A stretch of 64,000 nt of DNA, from the NCBI RefSeq assembly GCF_964204865.1, contig NC_135260.1, forward strand, positions 14,756,001 through 14,820,000, read 5' to 3'. The stretch's first letter is position 1, and every line of letters begins with the position of its first letter. This DNA comes from Styela clava (lineage: Eukaryota). Of the stretch, positions 27,674-39,372 are shown piece after piece. A program made the position numbers and the translations under genes. A model generated the notes under the pieces. It saw only the letters and a program-made list of their open reading frames with translations. It searched no databases and was not told the DNA's origin.

Positions 27674-30643
27674 CTAATTGCAACTGGGCTTATAAGCATC
27701 TAGGTATAGGCTCTTCAGTGCATGTTTATACAAGTTATAGGTACTGGTCCTAATGCTATTGGGGAGATTATTCCACAATTTAACACCAACAAACTTGATT
27801 GAGTTTTGGGTGAGTTTGGTGCTAAAACGATTTACATAATAAGAACTGCTAATAGAGGACCGTGTTCCATATGAGTGAACATTGCTTTGTTTTGAAAAAT
27901 AGTTTGTGAACGCAGGAGGGAGTTTTTTGCAGTGGTGTTGGTGCATCAATTTCAAAACTTCTATTTTGTAAATGTCTGCCAATTTAATAATTTGAAGGTT
28001 ATAATAAATAGGACTGAGTCGTGAAAAATAACTAGCGGCAGATATTGCACGGATTGCTCGGTTCTGCATAATTTCAATGCGATGTAATAATGTTTTAACA
28101 GCTGAACCCCAAGCAATTATGCCGTATTGGATATGGCTCTGGAATAAGGAGTAGTACACCATCCTTAGTGTTGTTGGTGATGTAAATCGTCTAAGCTTGT
28201 AAAGTATTCCAACCGATTTAGATAATTTAACGGATAATTTGGATAAGTGAACATCCCAATTCATTTTACTATCTAAATATATGCCAAGATATTTATAAGA
28301 ATGGACATTTTCAAGTTCTTTGTCATCAATTTGTATTACTGTTTCATTTTTAGATTTGCACTGGTGTGGAGATATTAACATAGTTTTTGATTTGCCAATG
28401 TTCAGTGTTAGTTTATTAGACCGCATCCAATTTGATACTTTCGCAATTTCAGAATTTACTCTCAACTGAAGAACTGCACAAGATTTGTCGCTGTCGAGAA
28501 GATTGGTATCATCAGCAAACAATTTGGTAAAGAAGGAGGAACAACAAGTTATGTCATTTACATAGACTAGAAATAGAAGAGGACCCAAGCAACTACCTTG
28601 AGGAACTCCGTGAGTCACTGGTGAGGGAGAGGAACGACACGACCCAACTTGAACATATTGTGATCTATTACTTAAATAACTAGAAATGAGTTTGTTTGCT
28701 GTACCCCTGATACCGAAATGTCTCAACTTGTAAATCAGGATGTTATGATTTACGGTATCGAAGGCCTTCCTTAAATCTAGGAATGTTGCACTGACAAACT
28801 CCTTCCTCTCTAGTTTATCGTAGATATATGATATTGTGTCTAAGATAGCATGTGATGTAGATAGATTATTTTGGAAGCCAAACTGTGATTTATTTATTAC
28901 ATCATGTTTCGTAAAAAAAGCATTGAGTCGCTTATGAATCAAACGCTCAAATATTTTACTTATTGATGAAAGAATTGAAATTGGTCTGTAATTTGACATA
29001 CATTTTTTATCGCCAGATTTGAAAAGAGGGATCACTCGGGCAATTTTGAGACATGCAGGGAAGATTCCAAACAAAAGTGAACAATTGAAGAATTCAGCCA
29101 AACATGGTGCAATGAGATCAGCAACTAATTTAAGGAAACGTGCTGGTATGTTGTCTGGACCAACTGCCTTCCTGTCTTTCAAATTATGTATTTCTATTAT
29201 CAATTCATTTGTAGTCGCTGGGCTCATGAAGATGGACTGGTTTATACAATTGTGAAGAAATTGTTTAAAGCTATCCTGTTCAGTGGAAAACTTGCCTGAA
29301 AGGCTAGACCCAATTGTAGAAAAATACTTATTAAATTCTGTAGCAATCAAAAGTTCATCTCTAATTATAGAGCCATTTTCAATATCGATCTCGTTAACTT
29401 TTTGATTAGATTTATTTTTTACATGAGTGATTTCGTTAACTGTTTGCCATGTTGACCTAGGATTACCTTTGTTTTTAGCAATAAGGTTTTGATAATAGGT
29501 TTGTTTTGAATCATCTATGGCTCTAATCAAAACATTTCTATACTTTTTGAAATAGGAGCGTTCGGAAGTGTTCCCTTTCAAAAAGTGGGATTCAAACATC
29601 TTATTTTTGTGGCGAATAGAAGCAATCAGCCCTTTGGTTAGCCATGGTTTTGATCGTAGCCTTTTTTGACGACGTGAGAGTGGTCGAAGCGGGGCGTGGC
29701 GATCAATCAGGTGAACAAAAGATTTTACAAATTCGCTGAAAACACCATCAAAGTTTTGGAAACTCAAATTGTTTCTAGCAATATAATTATGAAAAATTAC
29801 TTGTGTATCTGTGCGAAAGCAATCGATCGAGAATTTTGACATGTCCCTTGCTATTTTGACATAATTTGTATGGGCTGGTTTTATGCCACTGAGGCAACAC
29901 ATAACAGGAAAATGGTCTGTTATGTCTGAGAGAACTACATGAGATTTGATTCTAAAATTTGAAATATTAGTATAAATGTGATCTATAAGTGTTGATGATG
30001 TACTGCTCACTCTAGTAGGCTTAGTGATTAATGACTTGGCATTGTGAGAAATTAACATATCGGCATAATTTGCAATTTGGGCATTAGTTGACAATGTAAG
30101 TAAGTTAATGTTAAAATCTCCTAGTATCAAAAACTGTTTCTTTGCCAATTTAGCAAGAGATGCTTCAAATGCATTAGTAAAGCTTGGAATATTATTACGA
30201 GGATGCCTATATATAACACCAACAATTATCTTATTGACTGCGTTGGCCAAACTTATTTCAAACCATATATTTTCATAGTTGGAGTGATTGAGATTGTAAT
30301 CTGAAATTTCATTATAGATGAGATCGTTTCGAATATAAGCACCAACACCACCTGCTTTTGTGATGGATGGCATGTGTATAAAGCTATACCCATCAATATT
30401 AGTGTTGGAAACAGGGTTACACGATAACTTTGATTCGCTTATCGCAATTATTTGTGGAGGGGATGAGAAATTAGATAATAGGGTTGTTAATTTATCAATA
30501 TTTTTTTGCAGGGATCGAATGTTCACATGGAAAATACAAAAGTCAGACACTGATTGAGAAGAATTTAAATCAACAACTCCTACATTATTGCACGTTTCAA
30601 TGTCACAGGAATAAGCTAATTGAGGGTCGTTTGCTAAAGCCAT
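27674..30643 (-). CDS. LINE ORF2: APE endonuclease + reverse transcriptase, 989 aa
   Basis: Endonuclease motifs HVNIRSL, ISES, GDFN, IDHI, TDHFPV; RT motifs YRPISIL, FLDLRKAFDTV, GVPQGSCLGPLLF, FADD, YKYLG; uninterrupted. Confidence 0.96.
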   Translation of the reverse strand: MALANDPQLAYSCDIETCNNVGVVDLNSSQSVSDFCIFHVNIRSLQKNIDKLTTLLSNFSSPPQIIAISESKLSCNPVSNTNIDGYSFIHMPSITKAGGVGAYIRNDLIYNEISDYNLNHSNYENIWFEISLANAVNKIIVGVIYRHPRNNIPSFTNAFEASLAKLAKKQFLILGDFNINLLTLSTNAQIANYADMLISHNAKSLITKPTRVSSTSSTLIDHIYTNISNFRIKSHVVLSDITDHFPVMCCLSGIKPAHTNYVKIARDMSKFSIDCFRTDTQVIFHNYIARNNLSFQNFDGVFSEFVKSFVHLIDRHAPLRPLSRRQKRLRSKPWLTKGLIASIRHKNKMFESHFLKGNTSERSYFKKYRNVLIRAIDDSKQTYYQNLIAKNKGNPRSTWQTVNEITHVKNKSNQKVNEIDIENGSIIRDELLIATEFNKYFSTIGSSLSGKFSTEQDSFKQFLHNCINQSIFMSPATTNELIIEIHNLKDRKAVGPDNIPARFLKLVADLIAPCLAEFFNCSLLFGIFPACLKIARVIPLFKSGDKKCMSNYRPISILSSISKIFERLIHKRLNAFFTKHDVINKSQFGFQNNLSTSHAILDTISYIYDKLERKEFVSATFLDLRKAFDTVNHNILIYKLRHFGIRGTANKLISSYLSNRSQYVQVGSCRSSPSPVTHGVPQGSCLGPLLFLVYVNDITCCSSFFTKLFADDTNLLDSDKSCAVLQLRVNSEIAKVSNWMRSNKLTLNIGKSKTMLISPHQCKSKNETVIQIDDKELENVHSYKYLGIYLDSKMNWDVHLSKLSVKLSKSVGILYKLRRFTSPTTLRMVYYSLFQSHIQYGIIAWGSAVKTLLHRIEIMQNRAIRAISAASYFSRLSPIYYNLQIIKLADIYKIEVLKLMHQHHCKKLPPAFTNYFSKQSNVHSYGTRSSISSSYYVNRFSTKLTQNSIKFVGVKLWNNLPNSIRTSTYNLYKHALKSLYLDAYKPSCN

Positions 30644-30767
30644 GTATGAAATGTAAGAGATATTTTCTCCAGGCTGGAAATAAATGGCCGGTATTTTTGA
30701 TATATGTTTGGGTAATACATAAAATTATTTTGACTATACAATGTATGAATATTTATAATCAATAGAC

Positions 30768-31766
30768 CTACTTGATGAGAGAAAGGTCATCTTCGTTATT
30801 GATAGGGATGGTAGTTGTCATTTCGTTCTTTTTTATTAAAACTTTTCCATTATGTGTCCATAGATATTTATATCCACATTCTTTTTTAAGATCTCTTGCT
30901 TTAAAAAATAAGTCCTTGTTATTGTCATTAAGGTTTTCTATGATGAATATTCTAGTAGATCTTGTAAAATGCTGAAAATCTTCATGAAAATTGGCCGATC
31001 TCAGTTGGCGACGATTTTTTAGAATTTGATGCCTTGTTTTTCTGCGTACAAATTTAACAATAATTGGTGAAGGCTTTTTGTTGTTTTCTTTTGACATCCG
31101 GTGACAGTTTGATATGTCAGATGATTGCAGCGGTACATTTATTCGTGCTGCTACCTTCATAATTAATTTTTCACAATCTTCATCACGCGAGTAGGGTATA
31201 TTGTGAAATTCTAAATTATCCAGCCTTGACCTACGCTCCTGGTCGTATTGGCGTTCAGTAAGGATATCTATTTCTTCTTCTAGTTCTTCCACAATACTTT
31301 CAAGTTGACGAATTCTTCGGGTGTTTTTAACTGTGATGGTGCTCAGTTTGTCATAATTGGCATTAAGTTCGTCAAACTTTCTGGCAATGAATTCTTGGCT
31401 TGTCTTTATTTCTCCAACCTCATCTTTAATGACATTGATCGAGGATAACTGAGTTTTCATTTGTTTTATAGATTCATCCAGAGATGATAGAGATTCCTGG
31501 ATTCCAATGCTGGTCGGGGTGGTTGAAGAGAGATCCAGAGCTAATTTTTCAATGTGCTGTTCAATTATAGCCGGTATTTCCAGGCGCAGTGTCTTTAGAA
31601 TTGTGCTCTCAAGTATGGAGACTAAATTGGATATATTGTGTTCTGTTAAGTTGGATGCTGAAGAAGTACATGCTGCTTGACGTTCAGTTGGACTTTTACG
31701 TTTCGGGGGTTCAGGAGGGGCATCGCTTGATCTTGAATATGGCATATTGTCCTTCCTTGAATCCAC
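30768..31766 (-). CDS. LINE ORF1: coiled coil + RRM/CTD (L1 ORF1p / FP25K-like), 332 aa
   Basis: Heptad-rich region followed by RSRLDNLEFHNIP, CHRM, PIIVKF, IFIIENL, YKYLWTHNGKVLIKK; directly upstream of ORF2 on the same strand. Confidence 0.9.
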   Translation of the reverse strand: MDSRKDNMPYSRSSDAPPEPPKRKSPTERQAACTSSASNLTEHNISNLVSILESTILKTLRLEIPAIIEQHIEKLALDLSSTTPTSIGIQESLSSLDESIKQMKTQLSSINVIKDEVGEIKTSQEFIARKFDELNANYDKLSTITVKNTRRIRQLESIVEELEEEIDILTERQYDQERRSRLDNLEFHNIPYSRDEDCEKLIMKVAARINVPLQSSDISNCHRMSKENNKKPSPIIVKFVRRKTRHQILKNRRQLRSANFHEDFQHFTRSTRIFIIENLNDNNKDLFFKARDLKKECGYKYLWTHNGKVLIKKNEMTTTIPINNEDDLSLIK

Positions 31767-32103
31767 AGACAGTCAGATTGATGTTGTGAACAGATGTTAT
31801 AGTTCATTTGACGAATTCAACACCAGATGATTCAACATTCCATTTTTAGAGTGTCCATTATAGGCTATGATATTATTTAACACTAGTCAACTATATCTGC
31901 AAACTTAATCAAATAGCGAATAATGACACAGCTGTTCTAATGTCGTTCAGTGACTCTCAACTAGAACTAGGGATTTCAGATCGAATAGTAAATAGTTTTA
32001 TTTTAATTCTGAGCTGACTGTATTATCTGAAGCAACTGTTTCTGTATATAAGCTGAACCTTCAACTTCATAAACCTTGCCTTCGATTCACCAGTGCAATA
32101 GCA

Positions 32104-33087
32104 GTGCAGATACCGAGGTTGCAACGCGATGAAGTGAATAAATTATTCAATTTCAAAGTACCGGTACTTTCTGAATGTATAAGATTAAGCACCCTTACTT
32201 GTTGGAAAGAGCAAAGACTGATTATGCCAGGGTCGTCCAACCTTTTTGGCCGAAGGGCCACATGTAGTTTACTAATAACTGCGCGGGCCACTCAATATGG
32301 CATTTTGTTCTAGTTAATGGAAAAATAAACATTACCCGCACACCAAACTTTCATAATTATTATACCAATGAAATAAAAACTGTTGTTTCCCAACCATTGA
32401 TGGGCCGTCATCAGTAGTTATTTCCGAAAGTTTCGCCAAAGCCAAGCCAATGTCAGTGCTTTTGTCAGGCATCAAGAAATACGATGAAAATTTGTTCGCC
32501 TTTGCAATTAAAGTTTCCGCTGTAGAGTTCTCAAGCTCTTCGACAAGAAGAGTTATGACCTGTCTTGTGGTCTTGACAGGCTATTTTTGCAAACAGCTCT
32601 TCTATTTCCGGACGTATATAAAACAGATTTTAACGAATTCTCAATCTGAGAATGGCTTCGATTGTTTTGCGATAACGTAATATAGAGTAGTAAAATACCA
32701 AGTGTGTAAGCGGCTATGGCACTTTTATTTATACATATCTCCTCCCAATTGGTTTCGATTCAAAATGGCACTAATGGTTCGTTCGAAATGGCTGGCAGAG
32801 CGCATTTCAGGAAAATAAACAAATCTTTTGTATCATATTATATTTGTATACTACATCACACGAAAAATAGTTTTACTCCAATTTATTTATCCAATTCTGA
32901 AAAATACAGCGCGGGCCACGGGTTGGACGACCCTGGATTATGCGAACTTGTTGGTCATGAATCATGATATATGTGTTTGACAGCAACATCAACCTTGAGT
33001 GAGCGATTATTTTCTGCGGCTGGAAACACTGCCATCGAGCTTAGATCAAGCCTCACTGGATCATTTGCGGAGGATCTTGTATTTTAA
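32104..33087 (+). pseudogene. Fossil hAT transposase C-terminal dimerisation domain, interrupted by a MITE
   Basis: DEVNKLF...LTCWKEQ [MITE] ...YMCLTATSTLSERLFSAAGNTAIELRSSL...EDLVF* matches the hAT WW...PATSxxSERxFSxAG...RxxL pattern; contains stops. Confidence 0.75.
32228..32935. mobile_element. hAT (Buster/Charlie-like) MITE
   Basis: Perfect TIRs CAGGGTCGTCCAACC / GGTTGGACGACCCTG; perfect 8-bp TSD GATTATGC (32220-32227, 32936-32943). Confidence 0.93.
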
Positions 33088-33850
33088 AATGCAATTTTCC
33101 CATATTACCTCCTTCTTTCTAGTGTGGGAGTGATGAAACATGTTTTTATCGTGTGTGACAACACATCGAACTAACTGAGTGATGGATTCTATGCTTTCAG
33201 TAATTTATGTCAGTCTTCAGTAAATTATGTCTGAATGGCCCATTTACAAATAAATCGCATACAATCATGCCGTTGTATCAATTTAGTTATCTTCCGTATA
33301 TCCGAGAAAAATATTCGACCAAGAATGTTCAGGTATTCGAAAATCCCCAGCCTTGTATATACGAGATATTGATAAATAACAAAGCAATAATGTCCCATGA
33401 ATTGATGCACACTGCTTGGTTCGATACGAGATAGGTACGAAACTTTAGAGTCTAAAGACGAACGATCATCAGAGTAAGCTTTGATCATAGGATTGATTCA
33501 TGTGGAACGATGCATTCCCAGTAAGATAATAATTACAATACTAGTCTTACTCTCCATTTAGATCTGGGAATATAAATACATTTCAGAGCTGTTTACAGAC
33601 TTTGGATAAATAGAACCCAAGACCAACATGAGAGCAACAACGGCGAAGTCAAATGTCCTAATAAGTCATTCAATATGTCATATAATAAATGTGTTCCCAT
33701 GGGTGAAAATAAAACAGCATAATTTTAAGATAAATTTAAGCCGCATAGGACCCGAATACGGAGACATTAATTATATTACCACTGGCGACTTCTACTATTT
33801 ATAAGTATTGAAAATTTGAAATTAATTGGGCTGTAAGTTGCAAAGAAGTG

Positions 33851-33960
33851 GGACCTCCAGAAGTACACGCACCTAGATGGCGCACAACCTGAACATAGTA
33901 TGTGTACCAGGTTAGGGTTCAGGTTGTTCGCCATCTTGGTGCACATTCTTCGGGAGCGCC
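33851..33960. mobile_element. Internally deleted copy of the palindromic MITE family also seen at 62347
   Basis: Inverted arms CTCCAGAAG...AGATGGCG.ACAACCTGAAC / GTTCAGGTTGTTCGCCATCT...CTTCGGGAG; shares TACCAGGTTAGGGTT with 62347-62568. Confidence 0.7.
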
Positions 33961-35177
33961 GAAAAGTGTTATTCTCTGAAAGAAAAACCTAGCTCCTGAA
34001 ACCTTAAAATTGATTGGTTTATTAGCTGCGGAGAAGGAATATTTTCCATAAAACCAATTGAGCAAAACGATCCAAATGTACACTTTCTATCCAACATCGG
34101 ATTATAGCGAGCACAAGCAAATGTGGCGTAAAATAAGGCAGCAGAGGAATTTACTCTTTATTTATTGACAAGGACAAGTTCAAAAAGCAAATAAACATTT
34201 CAACGTAAATGAAAATGAAGCAAAATCAAAATTTGGAGATATGGAGAAGTATCATCACAGCAGTTTTACACATTTGGCGGGACCATCTAAAGTCTAAACC
34301 ACTCAACTCGGCACACCAATGTGATTCCGTTCTCTACATTCCTGCAAAGGGATGGCAAAGAAGATCAAATACAAATGTGTTGAATGCCAGGACCAAATAC
34401 CCATACTTTTTCCATATTGTGTAATCTATATTTGTATACTCCACTTGATATTTCAACTGTCCAGCATATAGGTTTATGAGAAATGATGTAGGAAGACAAA
34501 TACCAATTTAGGTAACCGAAATGAGTGAGGAGAACAAATATCAAGTTATGTAACCTCCATGATGTACCTAACCATACTTATGTGTACGTATAATGCACGA
34601 GATGATATAAAAAAAAAATTTGAAATATAGTCAACACTAATATATACGGTACTCATAATATAGGAAATCAAAAATTTATTAGCATGAGAACACAGGCAGA
34701 AGTAACAATATTTCCACAACTCAGAACGCTTGAAGGTATTCATAACGCAAATTTCATATGAACAAACAGTATCTGATTTCACACATGGTAATTTAATTGT
34801 ACTACATAATGCCTGACATGGTGAGCTCATCTTATTCATGAAGCTTTTACTACAAAAAAAAGTCTTCCTATTCAAGCATCCTCGTCAATACCAAATACAT
34901 GTATAGATCATTAAAAACCAAGTAACTAATAGCAGAAGTCATTTACAACAAATCAAGTCTGCCACAAAACTGATATTAGCAATCTAAAAAGAAGACAATA
35001 TGATATTGATAAGTGCAGAAAATATTTGAAAATAATGATTGAGTAAAGCGCATTAGTCCAAACAGAGTGAACAACTTTATAGCACTTTGTCAAGCATAAG
35101 ATATCGACCCGTTTTTTCGACCCAAGATAGTTTAATTTCACTAGAGATAACAGTTTTAAATCTCATGTTGCGAGCGA

Positions 35178-38100
35178 TCATGTTTCTGTCTTGTTCAAAA
35201 TAGTTGTAACTTGCGTTGATGAAAATTCTTCTTCATCTTCTAGTGTTTCTGGTGACTGGTGATAAAATCAGAAACATTTACTTGCACATAACATAAGAGG
35301 TAAAGGTGAGAGTCGAAAGTTTTCTATTACTAAACCAGCATTACAAAATGCTGTACATATATCACATTTGCATTTGAGTAAATGTAATAATCAGTCAAAA
35401 TTTACAAGTATGACTGTAGATAGATTACAACTAACCAAAGTAATGTACAACTAGTTAAATGATCTTATGGTTAACTTTCCTACATTTTATATATCAACCT
35501 TCATGATTTCATTGTACAGTGAGTTGGGTTTGAAAATACACAATGAAAATGGATAATCATGAGAGAATATACAGTATAGCTAGAGGGAGCTCATTTCAGT
35601 CTAAACCTCGGAATTACCTCGGAATTATTATTCTTTGCCATGCTTTTAGCAAATGTTTCAAGATCTTCATATTTCTTTTGTAATGATCTTAATTCCATAT
35701 TCATCTTTTGATTTTCCTCAGCTATCATTTCAACCTGTTTGTATGAAATGCTCCATTTGAATTATGCGACAAATATCATCTATTATAATACAGTTTGGTA
35801 GTTGCTGATTGCATATTACACAAGAGTGTCTGAAAAACTCAATTTAAACCAAATCCGATATAATGGTACTTGCAAATAGAGATGTACCGATGTATCGGTA
35901 TCGGGTATCGGTACCGGCAATATCGGCCATTTTTTCGGTATCGGCCAAGTATCGGTATCGGTTAGATTAAGGCCGATATTTCCGATATATTTACCTTTTT
36001 GATATGGTCCAGAATGTTTTAAAAGATAAGTTGGAATACTACTTTTTAATTTATTTTTTGTCTGGAGAGATCGTGAGCTATGAGCCCTACATGTCCCCAC
36101 CCTTGCGAGAGAATAGGATGCACATGTTTTTAGCTATTTATCAGCCAAACTAGCTCATCTAATTTGGCTATTTTCGCTGTCAAATTTTTATATTGACATT
36201 TATAATATTACATAGTAATTATGAAGAAATATAGACTGTTTGTCGTCAAGTACGAGTGCCATTTAGTCCGTCGACATCGATAAACTAAATTCCGACACAA
36301 TTATCCCTCTACGCAGCTATTAATTTTAGTTTTTTTAACTACACAATACCTTTATAGATATATTGATATGACCGCCTAGCCCTGGACTGTCTCAAAATAT
36401 ATGATAGCAATTGTATAATAATATACAATAGTGAAGTAAAAATACATCCTCGACGGTTATAGGTAGGCCTTCTTTTGGTCGGTGCTGATTGATATTCTTT
36501 CATGTTGGCTTTGACTTATTGCGAAATAAAATATTTGTAAAATGCTTTTATTTGAACGTAGGACGGCGGCGCTAGAATGTGTGGGTGATATTCGATATTC
36601 TTTCAAACACGAATAACGATATTCGAAGGTCGCGATATTAACATTAAATTCAAATTGGACATCCCGGCTTCTGAGTTTTCTAATTGAACACCGAGATTAC
36701 TAGCGTTACTGTGCAATGTATCTTAATCAGTTAAAGCATATGGATACTAAACATTAATTTCATATTATGTGATATATCTTTTTTTTTCGATCTGAAATAA
36801 TGTGTACTATGAATAACGCTCAAAAACCATTGTTTTAACCCGTCTGCCCTACACAGCACACCTAATTAAGTAATAATTATATAGTATCGGTATCGGAATA
36901 TCGGTAATATCGGCCTTTTTGTAGAATCGGCGTATCGGTATCGGCGTTTTTAGCTGGTATCGGATCGGTATCGGTGACAAAAGTGGTATCGGTACATCTC
37001 TACTTGCAAATCGAGTCAAATTGACGTTTTTTCTGCAAAATTTACTATTGATACAGTAAAGTAGTACCGGTGGTTGAATATTCAATATATTTTGACATTT
37101 AAGTTATATATATATATATTAATCTGGATAATCATTATTCGCGCCAACCTCTTTTTGCAGCTTCTGTCTTTGTAAATCCAGTTCATCTTTCTGTGTTAAT
37201 CGTTTGATACGGCATGATGCTGCATAACCACGATTCTTCAATGTTCGCCTTCTCTGTTTTAATCTCCTACTTTCCTATGAAAAAATATTTTGATATATAT
37301 TTTCAATTTGCATCATAAGAAATCCATTTAGCATATCACTGACACTGCCCTACTTCAGGTAACACATTCCTAAACATTAAGGTGGACCAAGTTTCCACAT
37401 CAGAAGCAAACCTTCAAAATTTCCAATATGAAATGTAGATGACTGATAAATAAACAGTTGGGTCCACAAATTTTTTAAAATCTATGTTCTAAAAAAAATG
37501 ATCATTGAAGTCTATCAAGATCAGCAATATTCGGAGTGATAGGCTATGTTCCAATACGCAGCATATACGGTTACAAGAGTAAGCCTTGTGGTAAGCTGTT
37601 TATTATATACAGTGCTTTATAATGAATATTGAACGTATAGAACAGTGGTTCTCAAACTTTTTTTGCTCACGGCACACCCAGCAAATAAGAAAAATCTCGC
37701 GGCACACTTGTGAAAAATTTGAGCTAGACTTGGACAAATTATTCTACAAATGTTAATGCGATGTGTGTGCCTGTTTTGAGAAACGACTCAAACGAGGGTC
37801 CGTCGCTCCCTTTTTTGCTTTTGATTACAGCCAGAGCAGAAAATACAGATTAATAGAGCCATGTAGATGCAAATGGATAGATTATTTTGATGGATTTTGC
37901 ACCGATGATTGAATAGAATTTGTTAGCAGATAGCCAAAACTCAACCAAACTGGCTTTCCTGTTAGCCTAACTCAGGGGTCTGCAAACTTCGTACTCGCTT
38001 GACAGATCGTCATTTGAACGGGAAATGTGTATATTCGGCCCGCAGGTACACAAATTTTGCCGACCACTGGCCTAACTCAACGCTCAATTGAACATAGTGG

Positions 38101-39372
38101 AAGGTGGATATCATTTTTACAAAAAACATTATCACATCACAACGCAAGTATACTGGAACAATACCCCTTACTACAAGACAAGGCAAATGCAATAATATTA
38201 TCAGTCTAATTAATTATGGATTATCAAATCTCATAAGTTGCGTGCATGTCTATGTGTAATACAAACAGCTTATTTTCTAGAATTCCAAAAAGCTCCGCGG
38301 CACACTTGAGAATCTCTCATGGCACACTAGTGTGCCGCACACAGTTTGAGAAACACTGGTATAGAAACTACTAAATTTCTATTCTTTATATATTTTCCTA
38401 ACATAACAGGTCTACTTGCTGTATTTTTGTCCATACGTTTCTCTTTTTAAAATCTGTTTTGCTATAATGAAGTATGATTTTATACTACCTCTGGTGTCAG
38501 GTTTCGTAAACTTCTGTTAAGATCTCTCACACTCATGTTAAGCAATTCATCATCTGTAAATTGATGTCCTTGTCCAATATTCTCCATCTTGACCTTAAGT
38601 TATAGTCAAGTGAGATATACATCAGTACAAACAAAATTAACAGTGACAGTTGAATTAAAGGGTTTCTTTGTCACATATAAATACAAATGTGCCATTCTGA
38701 ACTGGGAACATAATAGGTTATTAAATGTGCAACTCGTTATTTAAGTTATTTATAGTTTTATTTCAATCTTTCGTCTACAACACAGAATACAAATAAAAAA
38801 ATAAATAAAGAACACAGACAATGAAGACGGAAAGATCGTGAAAATGGGCAAAACCTAGAGTAATATTTGTAGCCTATTGTTTGTTTGTTTGTGCTTATTC
38901 ACCCAGACTCAAACAATTGGAAAAAACACATCACAACAATCGTACTTCGTACTTAAAAAGAATGAATTCATAAATAGCATACCATGTTTTTTTAGGACAA
39001 GGTCTTATACCAATTTTTTTTCAAATAATAACACTAGGGATTATTTTGGGGGATGGATTTTATTTTCATTTATCAAAAAAACAAAATTACAAAGTACAGA
39101 AGTAGACAATTACAAGATTTTTGAATAAATAAAATATGAAAACCGATATCTATTGAACTAAGCTCAGTTTTGTAGTTCGACTGCTGACTAACCGTATTGC
39201 AGTACTGAATAAGGTACCGTACAAGAATAGAACACTTTGAGACTAAAAGAGTCTGAAATCTTAGTACTGTAGTACCAGTAGTCTAAAAACACAGAAATAT
39301 AGCCTAGGTTACTTAGATAGACAGCAAACTTACCTCTGAATTTTTCACAGGCACGTTCTCAGAATCTTCCAT
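35178..39372 (-). CDS. Small Maf bZIP transcription factor (MafF/G/K-like), 154 aa
   Basis: Phase-0 exons 39372-39334, 38593-38489 (VKME SUMO motif; [16 protein letters not shown]), 37274-37149 ([21 protein letters not shown]), 35734-35618 (zipper), 35255-35178 ([10 protein letters not shown], like the small-Maf C-terminal motif); no transactivation domain. Confidence 0.94.
35877..37002. mobile_element. hAT (Ac-family-like) non-autonomous element with (ATCGGT)n subterminal repeats
   Basis: TIRs TAGAGATGTACCGAT / ATCGGTACATCTCTA; perfect TSD CTTGCAAA (35869-35876, 37003-37010). Confidence 0.92.
37643..38358. mobile_element. hAT MITE containing a nested MITE
   Basis: TIRs CAGTGGTTCTCAAACT / AGTTTGAGAAACACTG; TSD GTATAGAA (37635-37642, 38359-38366); subterminal CGGCACAC repeats. 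Confidence 0.9.
37973..38069. mobile_element. 97-bp nested hAT mini-MITE
   Basis: CAGGGGTCTGCAAA / TTTGCCGACCACTG; TSD GCCTAACT (37965-37972, 38070-38077). Confidence 0.85.

Larger units (their letters stand above)
26845..32060 (-). mobile_element. Full-length CR1-group non-LTR retrotransposon (LINE)
   Basis: Two intact ORFs, ~830-bp 3' UTR ending AATAAA + (ATCTGA)3 tail at ~26845-26870; 5' boundary approximate; no clear TSD. Confidence 0.9.

Noticed and set aside
29019-31789. Several short plus-strand ORFs inside the LINE
   Set aside because: Antisense shadows of ORF1/ORF2; short, and often with non-ATG starts
35816-37085. Pro/Ile/Asp/Thr-repeat ORFs and regularly repeated ATCGGT motifs (CRISPR-like appearance)
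   Set aside because: These are hAT subterminal repeats between TIRs with an 8-bp TSD; there is no repeat-spacer structure, and the DNA is eukaryotic
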